Assembly (NCBI GenBank): GCA_963630035.1
Contig: CAVGLE010000001.1
Coordinates: 1-55,706, forward strand
DNA length: 55,706 bases
Origin: [Ruminococcus] torques
GTDB taxonomy: Bacteria > Bacillota > Clostridia > Oscillospirales > Acutalibacteraceae
Direction of reading: 5' to 3'
Notes under the pieces: model-generated
What the model was told of the DNA's origin: nothing
Databases searched by the model: none
The model's input: only the letters and a program-made list of their open reading frames with translations
Made by a program: the position numbers and the translations under genes
Part shown: piece by piece, positions 50,032 through 55,706 of the stretch
Layout of the letters: the number at the start of each line of letters is the position of its first letter
Numbering within the stretch: position 1 is the first letter of the stretch

Positions 50032-50193
50032 TATATACGGCTACGGAATCGGGTGTGAATCCCGAGCAACCGCCATTACCGTGTTGGATGAATTTTTCGC
50101 CTATACCATTGAATGACGCTTAATAAAGCTGTTTCGAGAAGGTACGAAAATGCGCATTTGCTTTATCCTCAGTCGGGAGACGGGTCGTATATA
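50032..50193 (+). ncRNA. Cobalamin riboswitch aptamer
   Basis: P1 TATATACGGCT/GGTCGTATATA; GGAATCGGGTGTGAATCCCGA; CCATTACCGT; CCATTG...GAGAAGG; B12-box AGTCGGGAGAC. Confidence 0.88.
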
Positions 50194-50401
50194 TGAATTT
50201 AGGCTTTTGGGCAAGCGGAAGAGCCGAAGATTTAATATTAGGTGCATTAAGCAGGTGCTTTGGCTTACTTGTATTCGTTGCGCCGTGATGTTGATTTTTC
50301 GCTCTGCCATGCAGGGCTTTTTTCTTGCCCGAAAATTGATTTTGGGGCTGTGCAATTTCAATTAGGCGTTAAATAACAAACAGCGGAAAGGAATTTTTAA
50401 A

Positions 50402-52837
50402 ATGAAAAAAATAATCTCTGTTTTTCTTTCTGTAGTAATGCTTGCGTCGGCGCTCTCTGTCGGAACAGTTGCATTTGCAGATGAAAACACGACTCCTAAA
50501 ACCGCCACTGTCGAATACAGCGTGTTTGACGGCGGAGTTTACACAATGGAGCCGAAAACAATCACCGTTTCATCCGATTTGTCGGATAAATACAAGGATG
50601 AGGTAGGCTACAACGATAAATCGGACGAGCCGACAATCCTTGATGTGCTTATTGCCGCACATATTGATATGTTCGGCGAGGATTTTATGGATTATGCACC
50701 GCTTAAGGCGAGCGACACGGCAGTTATCACCTCCGCTTTCGGCGAGGAAACCTCTGCACTTGCATACAGACTCAACGGTGCAACCGATAACGGAAGCGGT
50801 ATTTGGTACAATCTTGATACCGAGGTAAAATCGGGCGATTATGTTGACACTATGTTCTATCAGGATACAACATACTACGGCGACAAATATGTTTCGCTCG
50901 GCGGCAGAGATATTAAATCAACTACCGGCGATGTAACTCTTACCGCTACTTATGAAGGTTTTGACGAAAACTGGGCAACAGTTATTCTCCCTGCACAGGG
51001 CTTGAATATTTCTGTTGACGGTACTTCTGTCGGCACAACCGACGAAAACGGTCAAATCACCCTCAAACTTTCACAGTGTAAAACATATGTTGTTACCGCA
51101 AGCGGCGAAATCAGCGGCAGCAAAATTTTTGAGCCGTACACAAGAGTTACCGTTGCAACACAGTTTTATAATGCGCTCGGCGCACAGCTTACCGGCGGTG
51201 CGGATTTCCTTTTGCAATCGGTTGATTCGCTCACAATCGCAAAAGCTGCCGATTTTCTTGCATATCTCAACGGCGGCGCAAATGTTGACAAGTACAAGGC
51301 AGACTATGTTGCAAGCGTTAAATCAATGCTTGATGCAAACGACGGCAAACTTGTTTCGACAATCAACGGCGAGGTTAAAAGCGACCTTGCGCTTTACGGC
51401 GCAGTAATCCCCGCACTCGAAAAGCTCGGCTATGATGCAAAGAGCTTTGAGGGCTACGACCTTGTTTCGGCATTTGAAAGCACAGATACCGACAGCATTT
51501 CAAATCCGTATTATTACAGAGTCGCAATTGAGGCGGCAAGCAGCGATTTTGCGCACAAACTTATCGACAAATTCATTGAGGACGATTATACAATCGGCTC
51601 GGGTATGAATTTCTGGGGCTTCAGCTGTGACAACACTGCAATGTTCCTCACCTCAATCGCAAAATATGCAGACGATTATTCATCATATGTTGATGACGCA
51701 AAGCAGATTTTGAAAACATACACAACCGATACCGGTGCATTTTACAGCTATCAGTATAATGATGTAAACGCAAATTCAACAGCACTTTGCGTTATGGCTT
51801 ATGCAGCACTCGGTGACAATGACACTGCATTTTCATACTATAAAAACCTTGTTGAGGGCTTTGAAAATACAACAGGCGTGTTTACATACTGCGGTGAAAG
51901 CAATGTAAGCGCAACAAAGCAATCATATCTTGCATTAACATATTTTAAGGAGTCTGTAGGCAATGCTGCTTATGAGCACAAAGAGCATATTGCCAAAAAC
52001 AGAACAATCGCTGCCACAACATCCGAGGACGGTGCGGTTGTTGCCGATTGCAGAATCTGCGGCGAAACCTACAAAACAGTTAAGACAATTGCAAAAATCA
52101 AGACCGTTTCACTCTCTTCATCATCTTATACATATAACGGCTCTGCAAAAAAACCGGGCGTAACCGTAACCGATGCAAACGGTGCAAAAATCGCTTCGTC
52201 AAGCTACAGCGTTTCATATTCAAACAATGTTAAGGCAGGCACCGCAACGGTAACCGTTACTTTCAAGGGCGATTACAGCGGCACTGTTAAAAAGACATTC
52301 AAAATCAATCCTGCAAAAGCTTCAAATGTTAAACTTTCTTCAACATCGTACACATATAACGGAAAAGCAAAAACTCCGAGCGTTACGGTTAAGGACGGCA
52401 ACGGCAAAACACTCAAAAACGGCACCGATTACACAGTAAAATACTCTTCGGGCAGAAAGAATGTCGGCAGATATGCTGTTAAGGTAACCTTCAATGGTAA
52501 CTACACAGGCTCAAAAACCGTTTATTATTACATTGTTCCGAAATCAACCTCAATCAGCAAGGTTTCGGCGTTGAAAAAGGGCTTCAAGCTCTCTTGGAAA
52601 AAGCAAGCAACACAAACAACAGGCTATCAAATTCAGTATTCAACATCAAGCAAGTTTAAAAACGCAAAGACTGTCAATGTTTCAAAAAACAAGACAACTT
52701 CAAAAACCGTTAAAAAACTTTCTTCAAAGAAAAAATACTATGTTCGTGTTCGCACCTACAAAACAGTTAAAATAGACGGCAAAACCAAAAAAGTTTACTC
52801 TTCATGGAGCAAAACCAAAAAAGTCAAAACAAAATAA
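50402..52837 (+). CDS. Secreted/cell-surface protein: DUF4430-like domain, Ig-like domain, helical-repeat domain, two tandem beta repeats, Lys-rich Fn3-like tail; probable cobalamin-binding protein
   Basis: Signal peptide (..VAFA/D); TILDVL..SAFG..YRLNG..VKSGD; SCDNTAM, NANSTAL, NVSATKQ helix repeats; downstream of B12 riboswitch. Confidence 0.75.
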   Translation: MKKIISVFLSVVMLASALSVGTVAFADENTTPKTATVEYSVFDGGVYTMEPKTITVSSDLSDKYKDEVGYNDKSDEPTILDVLIAAHIDMFGEDFMDYAPLKASDTAVITSAFGEETSALAYRLNGATDNGSGIWYNLDTEVKSGDYVDTMFYQDTTYYGDKYVSLGGRDIKSTTGDVTLTATYEGFDENWATVILPAQGLNISVDGTSVGTTDENGQITLKLSQCKTYVVTASGEISGSKIFEPYTRVTVATQFYNALGAQLTGGADFLLQSVDSLTIAKAADFLAYLNGGANVDKYKADYVASVKSMLDANDGKLVSTINGEVKSDLALYGAVIPALEKLGYDAKSFEGYDLVSAFESTDTDSISNPYYYRVAIEAASSDFAHKLIDKFIEDDYTIGSGMNFWGFSCDNTAMFLTSIAKYADDYSSYVDDAKQILKTYTTDTGAFYSYQYNDVNANSTALCVMAYAALGDNDTAFSYYKNLVEGFENTTGVFTYCGESNVSATKQSYLALTYFKESVGNAAYEHKEHIAKNRTIAATTSEDGAVVADCRICGETYKTVKTIAKIKTVSLSSSSYTYNGSAKKPGVTVTDANGAKIASSSYSVSYSNNVKAGTATVTVTFKGDYSGTVKKTFKINPAKASNVKLSSTSYTYNGKAKTPSVTVKDGNGKTLKNGTDYTVKYSSGRKNVGRYAVKVTFNGNYTGSKTVYYYIVPKSTSISKVSALKKGFKLSWKKQATQTTGYQIQYSTSSKFKNAKTVNVSKNKTTSKTVKKLSSKKKYYVRVRTYKTVKIDGKTKKVYSSWSKTKKVKTK
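52108..52540 (+). repeat. Two tandem ~73-aa coding repeats in the surface protein
   Basis: SLSSSSYTYNGSAKKPGVTVTD...VTFKGDYSG and KLSSTSYTYNGKAKTPSVTVKD...VTFNGNYTG. Confidence 0.8.
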
Positions 52838-52855
52838 TCGATTAAAAAATCAATA

Positions 52856-52890
52856 GTAAAAACGCGGTTTTTTCACCGCGTTTTTATTTA
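52856..52890 (+). terminator. Terminator of the surface-protein gene
   Basis: TAAAAACGCGGT/ACCGCGTTTTTA then T-rich tail. Confidence 0.85.
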
Positions 52891-52939
52891 TCTGCATATG
52901 TGCGCAAATGCGCACATAATTGGGTTTTCTCTCTGTAAA

Positions 52940-52994
52940 TTTAAGAATGTTTAAGATTTTATTTATTGCTTTTACATTAACAAAATAGTAGAAT
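52940..52994 (+). promoter_or_regulatory. OmpR-type direct-repeat box plus promoter of the MBOAT operon
   Basis: TTTAAGAATGTTTAAG, 10 nt, TTGCTT-N17-TAGAAT. Confidence 0.65.
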
Positions 52995-53031
52995 TATCCA
53001 AACGATGAAATTCAGAGAGGTCAAACAGAAA

Positions 53032-54612
53032 ATGATAGGATATACAACCTTTGCTTTTTTTGCTCTTTATTTCGGTATAACATTTGTTCTGTATCATTTG
53101 TTTCCGCAAAAGGCAAAATGGTGTGTTCTCCTTTTGGGGTCATATGTATTTTATTTTATATCGTGTAAGGGTCACATTTGGCAAATAATTGCCGCCACGG
53201 TTATAATTTGGCTGGTTGGTATGTGGTTGCAAAAGCTCAACGATGCTTTCAAGGCAAAGAAAAAAGGCTTGCCGCGTGATGAGAAAAAAGTTCTCAAGAA
53301 AAAGTACACATCGTATAAAAGGGGAGTGCTTGCACTCGGCGTGCTGTCAACACTCGGTATCCTGCTCGTTTGCAAATATCACGGCTTTTTTATCGACACG
53401 GCAAATCATCTTTTCGGAACAAATGCCCGGTATTTAAAGGTTGTTCAGCCGCTCGGTATTTCGTTTTATACACTGTCGGCAATCGGTTATATCACCGATG
53501 TTTACCACGGCAAATTTGAAGCGGAAAAAAATCCGTTTCGGGTTTCGCTGTTCCTGTCGTTTATGTTGACAATAGTCGAAGGCCCGATTACGCGATACGA
53601 CCAATTCGGCGTTCAACTTAAATCCTGCCCGAAATTTGATTATCACGGCTTTATATACGGCGCGGTGCGCGTCGTTTGGGGGCTTATTAAAAAAATGATA
53701 ATTGCCGACAGAGCGGCAATGTTTGTAAATGTAGTTTTTGATAAGCCTAATCATTGGAATGCGATAACGGTTGTTCCGGCAGTTTTATTTTATACATTAC
53801 AGCTTTACAGTGAATTTTCCGGAATTATGGATGTCATGTGCGGTCTCGGCGAAATGATGGGTCTGCATTTGCCCGAAAATTTCCGCCGACCGTTTTTTGC
53901 AAAAACAATTAACGAGTTTTGGCAACGCTGGCATATCACGCTCGGCGGCTGGCTCAGAGATTATGTTTTTTATCCCATTTCACTGTCAAAGGCGTTTATG
54001 AATCTCCCAAAATCGGCAGGCAAAAAATTCAATCGCTATTATGCAAACCTGATCCCCACAGCCGTTGCGCTTTTCTTTGTTTGGTTTTCAAACGGGTTTT
54101 GGCACGGCTCGGGTTGGAAATATATCGTTTACGGCCTTTATTATTATGTGCTGATGATGCTCGGTATGTTTTTTGAGCCGTTATTCAGAAAAATTTGCCC
54201 GGCTCTGAAAATCAACAGGCAGTCAAAGGGCTTTAGCCTTTTTCAGATTGCACGCACATTCGTGATTGTCAATTTCGGGATGTTTATATTCAGAGCGGAT
54301 GATTTAAAATCACTCGGTAAAATGATATCGTCGATTTTTACAAATCCGATTGTTTTTGACGGTACTTCAAAGGCGCTGGGTTTAAAATCGGGGCTTGATT
54401 GGGTAGACATTGCGGTTATTGCTCTCGGCGCGCTGCTGATGTTTATAGTAGGCATAATACAGGAAAAAGGCACCGATATTCGTGAAAAAATCGCAAAACT
54501 TCCTTACTGTATTAAGTTTGTTTTGTTTATGGTTATGATTTTTGCCGTAATTCTTATGGGAGCATACGGAGAGGGATACGGCGTAATAGATTTGATTTAC
54601 GCTAAATTTTAG
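53032..54612 (+). CDS. MBOAT-family O-acyltransferase (AlgI/PatA/DltB-like); alternative start 53005
   Basis: PLGISFYTL, EGPI.RY, KKMIIADR, ENFRRPF, FWQRWHITL, GFWHG catalytic His, YAKF terminus. Confidence 0.93.
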   Translation: MIGYTTFAFFALYFGITFVLYHLFPQKAKWCVLLLGSYVFYFISCKGHIWQIIAATVIIWLVGMWLQKLNDAFKAKKKGLPRDEKKVLKKKYTSYKRGVLALGVLSTLGILLVCKYHGFFIDTANHLFGTNARYLKVVQPLGISFYTLSAIGYITDVYHGKFEAEKNPFRVSLFLSFMLTIVEGPITRYDQFGVQLKSCPKFDYHGFIYGAVRVVWGLIKKMIIADRAAMFVNVVFDKPNHWNAITVVPAVLFYTLQLYSEFSGIMDVMCGLGEMMGLHLPENFRRPFFAKTINEFWQRWHITLGGWLRDYVFYPISLSKAFMNLPKSAGKKFNRYYANLIPTAVALFFVWFSNGFWHGSGWKYIVYGLYYYVLMMLGMFFEPLFRKICPALKINRQSKGFSLFQIARTFVIVNFGMFIFRADDLKSLGKMISSIFTNPIVFDGTSKALGLKSGLDWVDIAVIALGALLMFIVGIIQEKGTDIREKIAKLPYCIKFVLFMVMIFAVILMGAYGEGYGVIDLIYAKF

Positions 54613-54614
54613 GT

Positions 54615-55706
54615 ATGAAAAAGATGAAATTAAAAAAATTAAAACAAAACAGAGCGATTAGAATGGGAGCGTTTTTGCTTGCGTTTGTGATGATATTCTG
54701 TTCGTTGTCATCGTTTGTATTTACAAGCGAAAACGGCGCACGCTACAAGAGCAAATATTATCCGCAATACGCTTTTCAGTATGAAAAAGAAAATTCACTC
54801 CAAATTCTCGGTATCGGCAACAGCAATCTTTATTCGGCGTTTGATGTGCCCGATTTATGGCACGATTTCGGCTACACGGCAAGCATGGCTGCAGTCGGTT
54901 TTCAATCACCGTCAGTGTCGTATCAATTGCTGAAAAAGGCTTATGAAACCCAAAAACCGAAAATTGTTTTGATTGAAACGGATATTCTGTATGATGAAAA
55001 ACCGATTCAAACACACGGCGTAACTCCGAAAACAACTGTTTTCGACTATTTTAAAACGGAATTTATTGACGACAAGTTGCAAAGTGTGTTCCCGATTTTG
55101 AAATTTCACGATATGTGGAAGCAACCGCTTCGCCATAAATACGAAATTGATACGCCCGACTCACACGGCTTTAAGTATGATTCGCGCCACGGTAAATGTG
55201 ATGTGTCGAATTATATGAAAAAGACGGATAAAACGGAAGATGTCAGCGAGATTAATACTTATTATTTTGAAAAAATACTTGCCTTGTGCAGAGAGCACGG
55301 CTCCGAACCGTTGCTTATAAGTGTTCCAAGTATTACTTCGTGGGATTATGCGCGCCACAATTCGATGACTGCGCTTGCAAAAAAGGAAAATGTTGATTAT
55401 ATTGATTTTAATATGCTTACCTCACAGCTTAAAATCAACCTTAAAAAATCGTTTCGCGACAACGGAACACATATGAACTATTCCGGCGCAAAAAAGGTAA
55501 CGAATTACCTTGGCAGCTATATTGCAAAAAATTACAGCCTTGCCGATTTGCGCGGAGACAAATCATATTCTTATTGGAACGACAGCTACAATAATTTTGT
55601 TACCCAAATGAAGCAAACGGACGAAAAACAGCGCAAAAATGCACTCGAAAGAAAACGCAAGCGGTTAAATGACAAAATGAATAATAAAGAACACGAAAAA
55701 GAAAAC
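54615..55706 (+). CDS. Membrane-anchored SGNH-like acyltransferase partner (AlgJ/PatB/DltD-like), 3'-truncated by window edge
   Basis: Missing from the ORF track because no stop falls in the window; manual translation MKKMKLKK..TM..GIGNSNL..FRDNGTHMN; starts 2 nt after MBOAT stop. Confidence 0.82.
   Translation, partial: MKKMKLKKLKQNRAIRMGAFLLAFVMIFCSLSSFVFTSENGARYKSKYYPQYAFQYEKENSLQILGIGNSNLYSAFDVPDLWHDFGYTASMAAVGFQSPSVSYQLLKKAYETQKPKIVLIETDILYDEKPIQTHGVTPKTTVFDYFKTEFIDDKLQSVFPILKFHDMWKQPLRHKYEIDTPDSHGFKYDSRHGKCDVSNYMKKTDKTEDVSEINTYYFEKILALCREHGSEPLLISVPSITSWDYARHNSMTALAKKENVDYIDFNMLTSQLKINLKKSFRDNGTHMNYSGAKKVTNYLGSYIAKNYSLADLRGDKSYSYWNDSYNNFVTQMKQTDEKQRKNALERKRKRLNDKMNNKEHEKEN

Noticed and set aside
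50101..50365. Short ORFs on both strands upstream of the surface protein
   Set aside because: Lie within the cobalamin riboswitch and its expression platform; no convincing RBS

Overview
Chromosomal, mostly housekeeping segment of a Clostridia-like Gram-positive anaerobe. Gene content, sigma-A promoters and T-box/B12 riboswitches suggest a gut Oscillospirales-type organism (inference). In order it holds: a 5'-truncated CdaR/PucR regulator, fprA, pgm, comM with a LUD-domain gene, ilvA-ridA, an orphan amino-acid SBP, rlmB with an 823-aa membrane protein, an MFS transporter, an LCP protein, RNase P RNA, iolJ-iolC, an OmpR-type two-component system, metY, a LytTR regulator divergent from two zinc-ribbon membrane proteins, a Trp T-box with the complete trpEGDCFBA operon, ymdB-SBP-asp23-fakA-recG, a DtxR-family regulator, ilvC with a FadR-type regulator, a DUF815 ATPase, an RR-HK-htrA operon, a GH95 fucosidase with an asparaginase-like gene, a cobalamin riboswitch with a large surface protein, and an MBOAT-SGNH pair running off the 3' end. 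I saw no rRNA, tRNA, CRISPR array, transposase or phage gene. Best leads: (1) a B12-riboswitch-controlled surface protein with transcobalamin-like motifs in reversed domain order; (2) a P1B-ATPase-like membrane protein missing nearly all catalytic motifs; (3) an unannotated 27-aa amphipathic peptide gene whose promoter has the same TTAAG-N5-TTAAG box and spacing as the MBOAT-SGNH promoter 35 kb away, pointing to a small envelope regulon of the adjacent two-component system. All assignments come from reading motifs by eye; no searches were run.
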